The position numbers and the translations under genes were made by a program. Shown one piece after another: positions 48,527 through 58,449 of a DNA stretch of 64,000 bases. The stretch is from a virus: IMG/VR virus record IMGVR_UViG_3300042691_021691, positions 28,846 through 92,845 of that record; one strand, written 5' to 3'. Position 1 is the stretch's first letter; each line of letters begins with the position of its first letter. Under the pieces are notes generated by a model, which did not search any database, was not told the DNA's origin, and worked only from the letters and a program-made list of their open reading frames with translations.

Positions 48527-50089
48527 ATGTCAGTAAGCGATTTTATCAACGAAGCCCGTTCCGCGCATGATGTAATTTTGCAACAAACACGTGGCTTATC
48601 TAAGAAGTGGGAACGTTCAGGTCTTCTAGAAGGATTGAACGGATATGAGAAGCAAGGTATGTCAGTTATGCTTGAAAACCAAGCACAACAACTTATCTCA
48701 GAAAACTCAACAACAAATCCAGGTGGTGCTGGTTCATCAGGTGAAAACTGGGCAGGCGTAGCACTTCCATTGGTTCGTAAGGTCTTTGGTTCAATTGCAT
48801 CGAAGAATTTCGTATCAGTTCAACCAATGAATCTTCCAGCCGGACTTGTATTCTATATGGATTTCAAGTATGGCACAACTGTAAATGGTAAGACAGATGG
48901 TGGTTCACTCTATGGATTAACCAGCGGTGCAAATGCATTAACTGGTGGTTTATACGGAGCAGGATCATTCGGATATAGCATCAACGATCAAATCAAGACA
49001 GGTTTGAGCGTCACATCAGGCAGCACAGCTTCATTTGCTGATGTAAACTTCAATGCAACATATTCAGCATCAGTAGCAGCAGGCGGATTAACGGTATATT
49101 CAATACCTCTTTCAGGATTAACACGCCCAGATACAAACGCGGTACGTGTATGGGAACCATCAGGTTCAGGCGTAAACTTTGCTACGGCAACGTTGAAGGA
49201 ATTTACAAAAGTTGTTGGTTCAAACGTACAATTCGTTGTAAACTCAACAGCAACAGGTACAATTGCTAGCTTGAACTATGTAGAACAACCATCCGATACA
49301 ACTCGTGGCGACTTCGAAGATCGCACTGGTTCAGATATCGGTATTCCAGAAATCGATCTTGAACTTCGTTCAGAAACCATCGTTGCCAAGACTCGTAAAT
49401 TGAAGGCAGTATGGTCACCAGAACTTGCTCAAGACTTGAATGCATACCACTCAATTGATGCCGAAGCAGAATTGACATCACTATTGAGCGAATACATCTC
49501 AACAGAAATCGATCTTGAAATCTTGGACATGTTGGTCAGTGCAGCCGACACAACAGAATACTGGTCAGCTAAGATCGGTGATGTATGGAATGGTTCAACA
49601 TTCGCAGCTTCATCATTCGTAGGAACAGCTTGGACAAACATGACCTGGTTCCAAACACTTGGTCAGAAGATGCAGAAGGTATCAAACATCATCCACCAAA
49701 AGACAATGCGTGGTGGTGCTAACTTCGCAGTAGTTTCTCCAACTGTTGCAACAATCTTGGAAACAATCCCAGGATTCTTAGCCGATACAAACGGCGACAA
49801 GATGGAATTCTCAGCCGGAATCACTAAGGTTGGTTCATTCCAAAACCGCTTCACAATCTACAAGAACCCATACATGACCGAAAACGTAATGTTGCTTGGT
49901 TATCGTGGCGCACAATTCTTGGAAACTGGTGCTGTATATGCTCCATACATTCCATTAATTATGACACCTCTTGTATACGATCCAACTAACTTCACACCAC
50001 GTAGAGGCGTAATGACCCGCTACGCGAAGAAGGTAGTACGTCCTGAATTCTTCGGTAAGATCTTAATTGCCGACTTGAATTTAGTCTAA
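48527..50089 (+). CDS. major capsid protein (T4 gp23-like)
   Basis: VSVQPMNLPAGLVF, AKTRKLKAVWSPELAQDLNAYH, YAPYIPL, PRRGVMTRYA. Confidence 0.97.
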   Translation: MSVSDFINEARSAHDVILQQTRGLSKKWERSGLLEGLNGYEKQGMSVMLENQAQQLISENSTTNPGGAGSSGENWAGVALPLVRKVFGSIASKNFVSVQPMNLPAGLVFYMDFKYGTTVNGKTDGGSLYGLTSGANALTGGLYGAGSFGYSINDQIKTGLSVTSGSTASFADVNFNATYSASVAAGGLTVYSIPLSGLTRPDTNAVRVWEPSGSGVNFATATLKEFTKVVGSNVQFVVNSTATGTIASLNYVEQPSDTTRGDFEDRTGSDIGIPEIDLELRSETIVAKTRKLKAVWSPELAQDLNAYHSIDAEAELTSLLSEYISTEIDLEILDMLVSAADTTEYWSAKIGDVWNGSTFAASSFVGTAWTNMTWFQTLGQKMQKVSNIIHQKTMRGGANFAVVSPTVATILETIPGFLADTNGDKMEFSAGITKVGSFQNRFTIYKNPYMTENVMLLGYRGAQFLETGAVYAPYIPLIMTPLVYDPTNFTPRRGVMTRYAKKVVRPEFFGKILIADLNLV

Positions 50090-50113
50090 TACCAGAAGTT
50101 AGATAATAAAATA

Positions 50114-50149
50114 CCCCAGGGATAGCAATATCCCTGGGGGTTTTATTTT
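50114..50149 (+). terminator. Rho-independent terminator
   Basis: CCCCAGGGATA-[GCAA]-TATCCCTGGGG followed by GTTTTATTTT. Confidence 0.9.
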
Positions 50150-50199
50150 AAAGTAACGGTTCCATTTTATAGAAACTATTTATGTAAAGACCCATTTTA

Positions 50200-51378
50200 A
50201 TGGAAATTCATATGCAGAATAATGAACCATTAGTGTATGACGGAAGTGCAAGAAATCCTGTAAATTTAACACCATTTGGATTTTTTGATAATGAATTAGC
50301 CTTCCAAGTAGAAGCGCCTAAAGTAGCCAATTATATATCACATCGGTTAGGATATCCAGTAGTAGATGTGGAGCTTACCGACCAAAATTTATATACTTGC
50401 TTGGAAGAAGCTATTATTGCATATGGGGCACAAGTAAATCAATTTAATGCAAGAGAACACATGCTGTCTCTACAAGGAATTAGCACGGGTTCTGCAATTA
50501 CACAACGTAATATTGTTGGATCTTCTCTGCCACAGATAATTAATTTATCTTCAAATTATGGAACCGAAGCAGGATCCGGCGGAGATACTCCTCTAAAGAA
50601 AGGGTATATAACAACTGTCCCTGGTCAACAAGAATATGATTTGCAAGTATTGTGGGCAAATGTCAGTGAAAGTGGAAACAGAATAGAAATTAGAAAAGTA
50701 TATCACGAAATGCCGCCTGCAATTGCCAGATATTATGATCCATTTGCAACCACAGGATTAGGATTAACTAATCTTATGGGTGAATTTGGATTTGATGGAT
50801 ATTCCCCGCCAGTAACATTCGTTATGATGCCTGCATATGAAGATTTACTTCGTATTCAAGCAATCGAAGTTAACGATATGATTCGTAAGAGTCAATATTC
50901 ATTTCAAATTTACGATAATAAAATTAGATTCACTCCTATTTTTACTCAAGATAGATGGAATGGAGTAAAAATTTGGTTTGACTATATGGTAGAAAAAGAT
51001 AAATCCGCAAGCCAAATTGCATCAGGATCATCAGTAGTATCTGATATCAGTAATGTTCCATATGAACATATAAGCTATTCTACAATTAATTCAATTGGAA
51101 GAGCTTGGATTTACAAGTATGCATTATCTTCTGCTAAAGAAATGCTCGGAAACATTCGTAGTAAATATCAAACTATCCCAATTCCAAATAGAGAAATTAG
51201 ACTTGATGGTGATATTTTACGAAGAGAAGCTGCCGAAGAAAAACAACTTCTGTTAAAAGAATTACGAGATACATTAGAACAAACCGGATTACAGAAGCAA
51301 ATGGAAAAGCAAGCAGCAAATGCAGAGCATATGAGTCAAATTTTACAATACGTACCTACCATGATTTACATAGGATAA
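50200..51378 (+). CDS. neck/head-tail adaptor (gp13-like)
   Basis: RLGYPVVDVELTD, WIYKYALSSAKEMLGNIRSKY; preceded by TATTTATG at 50177. Confidence 0.8.
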   Translation: MEIHMQNNEPLVYDGSARNPVNLTPFGFFDNELAFQVEAPKVANYISHRLGYPVVDVELTDQNLYTCLEEAIIAYGAQVNQFNAREHMLSLQGISTGSAITQRNIVGSSLPQIINLSSNYGTEAGSGGDTPLKKGYITTVPGQQEYDLQVLWANVSESGNRIEIRKVYHEMPPAIARYYDPFATTGLGLTNLMGEFGFDGYSPPVTFVMMPAYEDLLRIQAIEVNDMIRKSQYSFQIYDNKIRFTPIFTQDRWNGVKIWFDYMVEKDKSASQIASGSSVVSDISNVPYEHISYSTINSIGRAWIYKYALSSAKEMLGNIRSKYQTIPIPNREIRLDGDILRREAAEEKQLLLKELRDTLEQTGLQKQMEKQAANAEHMSQILQYVPTMIYIG

Positions 51379-51379
51379 C

Positions 51380-51835
51380 ATGCCTAGATTTGTAACACCA
51401 CGAGATTTTGAATTTTTACAAAAATTAAATAGAGAATTAATGGTAGAGATTGTCGATAATTCGGTGATCTTGTATAAAGCACATCCAGAATATACAAAAG
51501 TTAATATCTATGGCGAAAGTACAGAAAAAATACGGTATACAGGTGTGCAATTATCGGCGTTGGTTAAGTATGGTGATAATGTTCCAGTAGATGATGGATT
51601 TGGATATGATACGAAACAAGAAGTAGAATTTCATTTTGTTCGTAGACTATTGGAAGAAGTGGATGTTATGCCAGATGAGGGTGATATTATTAAGTTTAAT
51701 GATCTGTATTATGAAATATTTAATACGTCAGAAACTCAACTTATCGCCAATCGACCTGAATTTACCGTTTCTATAATTTGCAAGGCATATCTAACTCGTA
51801 AGAGTAATCTTAATATTGAGGAACGTCAGGTATGA
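51380..51835 (+). CDS. neck/head completion protein (gp14-like)
   Basis: Position; NIYGE...PDEGDIIKFNDLYYEI. Confidence 0.7.
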   Translation: MPRFVTPRDFEFLQKLNRELMVEIVDNSVILYKAHPEYTKVNIYGESTEKIRYTGVQLSALVKYGDNVPVDDGFGYDTKQEVEFHFVRRLLEEVDVMPDEGDIIKFNDLYYEIFNTSETQLIANRPEFTVSIICKAYLTRKSNLNIEERQV

Positions 51836-52650
51836 ATAGAAATCCATATAAAGCATACGATCCAGAAATTCCTCGTCGGGTTGATGCAAAGCAATCTACA
51901 ATTGGTATAGAAAATAGAGCATCCGATGTAAAGCTATTAGAAGATACGGGGAATCCTGCATCTATTAGATTTTATACTGTAGATAGCACTATTATGAAGT
52001 ATCTAGAAAATAAAATAAATCCTATTGTAACTCAGGACGGAAGTGCGGTGAAAGTTCCTGTGGTATATGGAAATTCTGAACGGTGGAAGGGAGTTCAGAA
52101 AAATGGAGTTATACGAGACAAATTTAATAAGATTCAATTGCCCATAATTATGATACGCAGAACGGGCATAGAAAGAGGAAAAAATTCATCTCCTGTTAAC
52201 AAATATTTAACTACTAGCTTTAAAACTGGGTGGAATAGATATACTCCATATGATAAATTTAATGTTTTAAATGGAATAACACCAAGTCGCCAACACTATA
52301 ATTTAGTGGTTCCGGACTATTATGATTTTACATATGATTTATATATTTGGACGGAATACGTAGAACAAATGAATAAAATTATAGAAGAAATTACATTTGA
52401 ATTAGATGAGTTTTGGGGCGAAAAGAATGGGTATAAATTTAGAGTTACCGCAGATCAATTTAATATGCAGTTAGAAACTCCATCCGATGGGGAACGAATG
52501 GTTAGAACCAAAGCTACCCTCACTGCACATGCATATCTACTGCCAGAAAAAATGCTTGATAAAAATGGTATGCCGACCCCAGTTAGTAAGATTTCATATA
52601 GTCCTAAGAAGATCGTTACGTTCACTGAAATAGTAGATAATATTGATTGA
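51832..52650 (+). CDS. tail terminator / sheath stabiliser (gp15-like)
   Basis: KVPVVYGNSERW, LPIIMIRRT, YDLYIWTEYVEQMNKIIE. Confidence 0.7.
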   Translation: MNRNPYKAYDPEIPRRVDAKQSTIGIENRASDVKLLEDTGNPASIRFYTVDSTIMKYLENKINPIVTQDGSAVKVPVVYGNSERWKGVQKNGVIRDKFNKIQLPIIMIRRTGIERGKNSSPVNKYLTTSFKTGWNRYTPYDKFNVLNGITPSRQHYNLVVPDYYDFTYDLYIWTEYVEQMNKIIEEITFELDEFWGEKNGYKFRVTADQFNMQLETPSDGERMVRTKATLTAHAYLLPEKMLDKNGMPTPVSKISYSPKKIVTFTEIVDNID

Positions 52651-52686
52651 AAAAACTGATTTTCGAAAATATATTAAATATTTATG
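52647..52686 (+). promoter_or_regulatory. tandem sigma70-type (TTGAAA-N17-TATATT) and late-type (TATTTATG) promoters
   Basis: TTGAAA 52647-52652, TATATT 52670-52675, TATTTATG 52679-52686. Confidence 0.45.
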
Positions 52687-52719
52687 ATACGAGGACCATT
52701 ATAATCAAAAAGGGGTTAT

Positions 52720-52977
52720 ATGAGAAAATTAACACAAGAAGAACACTCAAGCGTTTTATCGATTCAGCAGAGAGTTGTAACTTTATTCACAGAAGTTGGG
52801 CAGCTTTATTTAAAAAAATCTGTATTGCAATCTGAATTAGACGTAATAGATGGTGAGTTAAAAACCAAACAAAACGAGTTCAGTCAAGTAGGAAAAGAAC
52901 AGAGTGAGTTATATAACAAGTTATTGGAAAAATACGGTGAAGGAGAATTTGATCCAGAAACCGGCGAGTTTAAATAA
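52720..52977 (+). CDS. small coiled-coil protein
   Basis: SD AAGGGG; ends LLEKYGEGEFDPETGEF. Confidence 0.75.
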   Translation: MRKLTQEEHSSVLSIQQRVVTLFTEVGQLYLKKSVLQSELDVIDGELKTKQNEFSQVGKEQSELYNKLLEKYGEGEFDPETGEFK

Positions 52978-53011
52978 ACCTGAAAATTAATAATCTGTTT
53001 GGAGACTCTGT

Positions 53012-55357
53012 ATGGCAGAAAGAATTGTAAGCCCCGGTGTGTTTACCCAAGAAAGAGATTTAAGCTTTCTTGAACAAGGTATTGCAGAAATCGGTGGTGT
53101 ATTTATCGGACCCACCGCAAAAGGTCCAGCATTTATTCCAACCGTAGTTGAAGGATCGAACGATTTCGTTCGAGTTTTTGGTGAAGCCGACAGTAATTCA
53201 TACATGGGATATACTGTTAAAAATTATTTACAAGAAGCAGGCCGCGCAACGATTGTTCGTGTTCTTGGATTGGAAGGGTATTCTGGATCAATAGCAAGAC
53301 CAAGATTCTTATATGCTACAGGTTCAAATGGTAAATATCTATACGCCATTTTACACCCAACCCAAACAGGAGCATCAATCACAGGTGCTACAGCTACGGG
53401 TAACACTGGATCATTTACATTAACATTGACCAGTTCCGCAGGTGTATCTTCGTCACAAGCAGGATTAAGTTCAGTGGCATCATCAACCTCATATATTCAA
53501 CAATATTTGGGCACTGATCCTGCTGGAGATAAAATTGCATATCTTTATGCATTCTTCCCAGAAGCATCAACATTAGCAGGAAGCGGTTCAAGCGTATCAT
53601 TCGTATCAGAAGCACCAACAGTTTCTGGTGCTACTGTAACAGAATTAGATTTTACTGGCGTTCAATATAGCAACGCATATACGCCTTGGATTCAATCTCA
53701 AACAGTAGGCGGAAATAGACTTGATTTGTTTAAGGTACACACATTAAGTGATGGTGTTGCTGCAAACAAAGACATCAAGATTTCTATCGTTGGAATCAAG
53801 CCAGATACGTTAGATGCGACCAACAACTTCGGTACATTCACACTTACAGTTCGTAGATTTGGTGATACCGATTCGAACGTAGAAGTATTGGAGCAATGGG
53901 ATGGATTATCATTAGATCCAAATTCGGCAAATTATATTGCTCGTAGAATCGGATCAAGTGCACCGTTCTATGATTCAGACACAGGTGAAACATATTACAA
54001 CGGTGAATTCAGAAACAACTCCAAGTATATTAGAGTTGAAATGGCAGAAGGAGTGATCCCACCTGCGGCATTACCATATGGATTTGGAACTATGTATGCT
54101 CCTGCAAACTTAGTTGCAAGCACATTCTTAACCGGTTCGTGGGTAACTACACGTTGGGTAGATGGTGAAACTCAAGGATGGTCAACTACTGCAACTGATA
54201 CGAAGAAGTATTATGGTTGGGATTTCACTGACACAAATTTGACAAACTTGTCATATTTGAATGCTATTCCTGAAAATGCAGACATAGTTGGAAGCGAATT
54301 TAGTTTAGAAAACGTACCTTCCACCGAAGCAGATGGCAGTCAAATTTCACTAACAACTACTTCTCATTTGAAGTATCGTAAGTTTACAGTTCCATTCCAA
54401 GGTGGGTTTGATGGATTAAATCCTGCTCGTGAATTTAAGTTAGGCGCAGATATTACTACGCAAAATTCACAAGGATTTAATTTACAAACTGCTGCTACGG
54501 ATGGATCACAAGCATATAAGAGAGCATTAACAGCAGTAAGTAATCCAGATTCAGTAGATATGAATTTGTTGATTCTACCTGGCGTAATCTATGAATTACA
54601 TTCTTATGTTGCAACAGAAGCTCTTACACTTTGTGAAGAACGTCAAGACTGCTTCTATATTATGGATTTAACACAATATAGTTCAACAATTGACAATGCA
54701 GTAAATAAAGCAGCAGAAATTGATAGCAACTATACAGCGGTATATTATCCTTGGGTAAAGGTAATTGACACAAATACCAACAAGTTTATCTGGGCACCAC
54801 CTTCAGTAGTATTGCCTGAAGTATATGCCTACAACGATAGCGTTGCCGCTGAATGGTTTGCACCAGCAGGATTAAATCGTGGTAGCATCGAAGGTGCAGT
54901 AGGTGTTGCTAAGAGATTAAACTTGGCGGGAAGAGATACCTTATACGAAGGAAAGGTCAATCCAATTGCATCATTCCCAGGACAAGGTATCTGTGTATGG
55001 GGTCAAAAGACATTACAACGTAGAAAGTCAGCTCTTGATCGTGTAAATGTTCGTCGTCTCTTGATCGCAGTTAAGAAATTCATTGCAAGTTCTTCACGTT
55101 ATTTGGTATTCGAACAAAACGTAGAAGCTACACGCAACCGTTTCTTAAACATTGTAAATCCATATCTGGCAAGCATCCAAGAACGTTCAGGATTGTATGC
55201 ATTCAAGGTAATTATGGATGAAACAAACAATACACCTGATGTAATTGATCGTAACTTCTTGGTTGGTCAATTGTATCTACAACCAACAAAGACTGCTGAA
55301 TTCATTTCATTAGAATTCAACATTCTCCCAACAGGCGCAACATTCCCTGGAGCTTAA
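53012..55357 (+). CDS. contractile tail sheath protein (gp18-like)
   Basis: VSPGVFTQERDLS, WFAPAGLNRG, WGQKTLQ, DRVNVRRLL, NNTPDVIDRN. Confidence 0.97.
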   Translation: MAERIVSPGVFTQERDLSFLEQGIAEIGGVFIGPTAKGPAFIPTVVEGSNDFVRVFGEADSNSYMGYTVKNYLQEAGRATIVRVLGLEGYSGSIARPRFLYATGSNGKYLYAILHPTQTGASITGATATGNTGSFTLTLTSSAGVSSSQAGLSSVASSTSYIQQYLGTDPAGDKIAYLYAFFPEASTLAGSGSSVSFVSEAPTVSGATVTELDFTGVQYSNAYTPWIQSQTVGGNRLDLFKVHTLSDGVAANKDIKISIVGIKPDTLDATNNFGTFTLTVRRFGDTDSNVEVLEQWDGLSLDPNSANYIARRIGSSAPFYDSDTGETYYNGEFRNNSKYIRVEMAEGVIPPAALPYGFGTMYAPANLVASTFLTGSWVTTRWVDGETQGWSTTATDTKKYYGWDFTDTNLTNLSYLNAIPENADIVGSEFSLENVPSTEADGSQISLTTTSHLKYRKFTVPFQGGFDGLNPAREFKLGADITTQNSQGFNLQTAATDGSQAYKRALTAVSNPDSVDMNLLILPGVIYELHSYVATEALTLCEERQDCFYIMDLTQYSSTIDNAVNKAAEIDSNYTAVYYPWVKVIDTNTNKFIWAPPSVVLPEVYAYNDSVAAEWFAPAGLNRGSIEGAVGVAKRLNLAGRDTLYEGKVNPIASFPGQGICVWGQKTLQRRKSALDRVNVRRLLIAVKKFIASSSRYLVFEQNVEATRNRFLNIVNPYLASIQERSGLYAFKVIMDETNNTPDVIDRNFLVGQLYLQPTKTAEFISLEFNILPTGATFPGA

Positions 55358-55367
55358 TTAAATAATG

Positions 55368-55400
55368 TATAATAGTGGGGTGAAATTCCCCACTATTATA
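55368..55400 (+). terminator. strong hairpin between sheath and tube (terminator or processing/stability stem)
   Basis: TATAATAGTGGGG-[TGAAATT]-CCCCACTATTATA, 13 bp; no clean U-tract. Confidence 0.65.
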
Positions 55401-55486
55401 TAAATTTGATTAAAATTTAGTATTGTAATATTTATTAATAATGGTTTCAAATAAACTAATAAAAATTCGCCGCCTCGGAGAATAAT

Positions 55487-55978
55487 ATGGCAAATCTAGT
55501 AAATGAACAAGAACTGTTTTTCAATTCGTTTGAACCAAAGACAAAAAATCGCTTCATCCTAACTATGGATGGAGTTCCATCATATTTAGTTAAAAAGATT
55601 AATCGTCCTAAGTTAACTCAAGAAGCACAAAAGATTGACCATATCAATCTCCAACGCTACGTTAAGGGTAAGAGCATTTGGGGCACAATGTCAATGACTT
55701 TATATGATCCCATTGTACCATCAGGTGCACAAGCTGTTATTGAATGGGTTCGTCTACACCACGAATCAGTAACGGGTCGTGATGGATACGCAGCATTCTA
55801 CAAGAAAGACCTAGTATTACATATGTTGGGTCCAGTAGGTGATAAAGTAGAAGAATGGATTATCAAAGGTGCACAAATCACAGAAGTAGATTTCCAAGAA
55901 TTAGATTGGGGTGATAATGGTGCTCCAATGGAATTCACAGTAACCATCCAACCGGATTACTGCTTACTTAACTACTAA
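55487..55978 (+). CDS. tail tube protein (gp19-like)
   Basis: FEPKTKNRF, TLYDPIVPSGAQAVIEW, GPVGDKVEEWIIKGA; follows the sheath gene; TATTTATT at 55429. Confidence 0.9.
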   Translation: MANLVNEQELFFNSFEPKTKNRFILTMDGVPSYLVKKINRPKLTQEAQKIDHINLQRYVKGKSIWGTMSMTLYDPIVPSGAQAVIEWVRLHHESVTGRDGYAAFYKKDLVLHMLGPVGDKVEEWIIKGAQITEVDFQELDWGDNGAPMEFTVTIQPDYCLLNY

Positions 55979-56000
55979 TAGTAGAGTATTAATTTTCAGG

Positions 56001-56040
56001 AAAATTCCCCCAGGTATAAATTATCTGGGGGAATTTTATT
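56001..56040. terminator. bidirectional Rho-independent terminator
   Basis: AAAATTCCCCCAG...CTGGGGGAATTTT. Confidence 0.85.
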
Positions 56041-56061
56041 ACACATTCGAATAAAATTTGA

Positions 56062-56069
56062 TATTTATA
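56062..56069 (+). promoter_or_regulatory. putative late promoter TATTTATA heading the fibre operon
   Basis: Exact octamer just after the terminator. Confidence 0.65.
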
Positions 56070-56094
56070 TTAAGGCACTATTTTAGAGATACTT

Positions 56095-56454
56095 ATGGCA
56101 GATATTACTAATTTTAATATAGGGCAAGGCGAAACTTTCAAGATATTAGTAGAAATAGTTAATGAAAGTAGACTTTCCCCGAGTAGTAGTGTAAATATAC
56201 CACAAGATCTAACCAATGTTAGCTTTGAGGGGGCGATTAGAGAATCATATTCCTCGGAAGATATCGCCACTAGTTTTACATTTACGAAAATACCGCCATA
56301 TGCATCAGGATCGGTATATATTAATTTAACAAAAGAACAAACGCTAGAACTAGATCAGAGAAAATACGTTTATGACGTATTAATGACCAGTGGATCATCT
56401 GCCAGACGCATTTTAGAAGGAAGTCTGCATATAAGACCCGCCGCGACGAGGTAG
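56095..56454 (+). CDS. small beta-sandwich tail/fibre adaptor protein (BppU-like)
   Basis: IGQGETF...GSVYINLTKEQT...YVYDVLM...RILEG. Confidence 0.7.
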   Translation: MADITNFNIGQGETFKILVEIVNESRLSPSSSVNIPQDLTNVSFEGAIRESYSSEDIATSFTFTKIPPYASGSVYINLTKEQTLELDQRKYVYDVLMTSGSSARRILEGSLHIRPAATR

Positions 56455-56457
56455 TAA

Positions 56458-57171
56458 ATGTCAAATACTTCTTTTGAATTATCTGACTTAAAAGTTTTCA
56501 TTAAAGAACAACCTGAAACAAGTATCGGTATAACGGAGCCAGATATTAAGGTTACGGTTGTACAAGATGGCGAAACAAAAGTCGTATTAACACAGCCATC
56601 AACTACTCAAATTGTAACGGGTTCATTTCTTGAGTTTGCAGAAAGTTCTTTAAGTTCTTCGTATGCAGTAAGTTCTTCATATGCACAAACATCTTCTTTG
56701 GCAATTACTGCAAGTTATGCAATGAATGCCGAAGCAGCTCCTGCGTTTCCATATAGTGGTTCTGCGGTTATTACTGGTTCGCTGCAAGTATCTGATTATG
56801 TAAAAGCGGATGAAGTTAAATTAAATGCAGGAAATGCAAGTCTAACATTATCAGGATCAATTACGTCTGGTGTGTTTGGTATATCAGAATATGTATTGCC
56901 ATACATTTCTACTCTAAATTATGCAGGAGTTTCGATTGAATATTTAGCTAGTAGACCAGGTGCTACACGAATGGGAATGATAATGGCTACATGGAGTGGA
57001 AGCAATATAGTATTTACCGACGTATCTACTGCTGATATTGGAGATACATCGGATATATCATTTACGTTTTTAAATTTTTCAAATGAATTTAGATTACGTG
57101 TAAATAGTGAAGGTAGTGGATCTGGAGCTTGGACGGTTCAAAGTTTATTTAAGTTATTTCCAAAGCTATAA
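56458..57171 (+). CDS. tail fibre-associated protein
   Basis: SSSYA repeats; C-terminal domain shared with the next gene. Confidence 0.7.
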   Translation: MSNTSFELSDLKVFIKEQPETSIGITEPDIKVTVVQDGETKVVLTQPSTTQIVTGSFLEFAESSLSSSYAVSSSYAQTSSLAITASYAMNAEAAPAFPYSGSAVITGSLQVSDYVKADEVKLNAGNASLTLSGSITSGVFGISEYVLPYISTLNYAGVSIEYLASRPGATRMGMIMATWSGSNIVFTDVSTADIGDTSDISFTFLNFSNEFRLRVNSEGSGSGAWTVQSLFKLFPKL

Positions 57172-57203
57172 AATACACATAGATATCGCGTAGGGAGAAT
57201 AAT

Positions 57204-58409
57204 ATGGCGAATGAATTCATTGCACGTAAGGGACTGATAGTTTTAGCAAATGGAACGAAGATAACAGGCTCATTACTTGTAAGTGGAAATATAGATGCAA
57301 CAGGATTTTCAGTAGCAGCCACATCGTTTACAGGCTCATTTGTTGGTGACGGGTCTGGATTAACGAATATTGCCTCTACGTTAACTATTACAGGTTCTAC
57401 CGGAAGTGATGTATTAAATTTAAAAACTGAATCACTTACCATCACAGGTTCTAACGGAATAACTACCGCTGTAACAGATAATACTGTTACTATTTCCATC
57501 CCCAGTAATTTTACAACTACAGGTTCTAATAATTTTACTGGAATACAAACCATATCCAACACAACAAATAGCACAAATTATACAGACGGTGCGTTAATAG
57601 TTGGTGGTGGGGTGGGAATAGCAAAAGATGTTAACATTAGTGGAAGCCTAACAGTTACAGGATTGCTAACTGCAGTTTCTCAATCTATTCAATATGTAAC
57701 TTCATCGCAACTTAATATTGCGGACAATAGAATAGTTGTAAACACTACGGAAGCTCTTAGATTTGGAGGTATATCCGTAAATGATTCGGGTTCTGCACTG
57801 CCAACATCCGGATCTTTGTATTGGGATAGTTTTACAAATCATTGGTTATATGAAAATGCATCGGGATCTTCATATAATAGTGCAATATTAATAGCGGGTC
57901 CGAAGAACACAGGATCTCTAGGCGACGAGCAAGTATTAATTTCAAATAGATTTACTGTTGCAACGGGCGATGATCATATTGATAATAGAAGTTCTGTTTC
58001 AAAACTTCGAATGGATAGTGATGTTGTACATGTAGAAAATGGAATGTATGTTACAGGATCCATAACTGCAACAGGAAATGCAATTATAAACAATGTATTG
58101 TATACCTATGCAACTAATGCGGATATTGATTCTGGAACAGAAGTTGTAGCAACAGTTGCTACTGGTAGTTATGATGCTGCATTTTTTGATTATGTAGTAA
58201 AGAATGGAGCTAATTATAGAGCAGGAACAGTAATGGCAGTTTGGCAACAAGGAACTAGTAACGTAGAATATACAGATACATCTACTAATGATTTAGGAAA
58301 TACAGCAGAAGTAGTATTTACTGTAGATTTAGTTGGTGGAAATGCACGATTGAAGGCAACAGTAACTACAAATAATTGGATAGTCAAAACCGCAATTCGA
58401 GCACTATAA
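57204..58409 (+). CDS. tail fibre protein
   Basis: TGSFVGDGSGLTN and GALIVGGGVGIAKDVNISG fibre repeats. Confidence 0.8.
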   Translation: MANEFIARKGLIVLANGTKITGSLLVSGNIDATGFSVAATSFTGSFVGDGSGLTNIASTLTITGSTGSDVLNLKTESLTITGSNGITTAVTDNTVTISIPSNFTTTGSNNFTGIQTISNTTNSTNYTDGALIVGGGVGIAKDVNISGSLTVTGLLTAVSQSIQYVTSSQLNIADNRIVVNTTEALRFGGISVNDSGSALPTSGSLYWDSFTNHWLYENASGSSYNSAILIAGPKNTGSLGDEQVLISNRFTVATGDDHIDNRSSVSKLRMDSDVVHVENGMYVTGSITATGNAIINNVLYTYATNADIDSGTEVVATVATGSYDAAFFDYVVKNGANYRAGTVMAVWQQGTSNVEYTDTSTNDLGNTAEVVFTVDLVGGNARLKATVTTNNWIVKTAIRAL

Positions 58410-58449
58410 AATATACTTAACTACCTTTGGATAATGAAAAAGGGGAATT

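Noticed and set aside
26013-50089. Inteins or introns in primase, terminase, portal or capsid
   Set aside because: Lengths are ordinary and no intein splice motifs or frame breaks were seen
55979-56454. Tape-measure gene after the tail tube
   Set aside because: Not present here and no ORF in the window could be assigned as tape measure; it probably lies elsewhere in the genome
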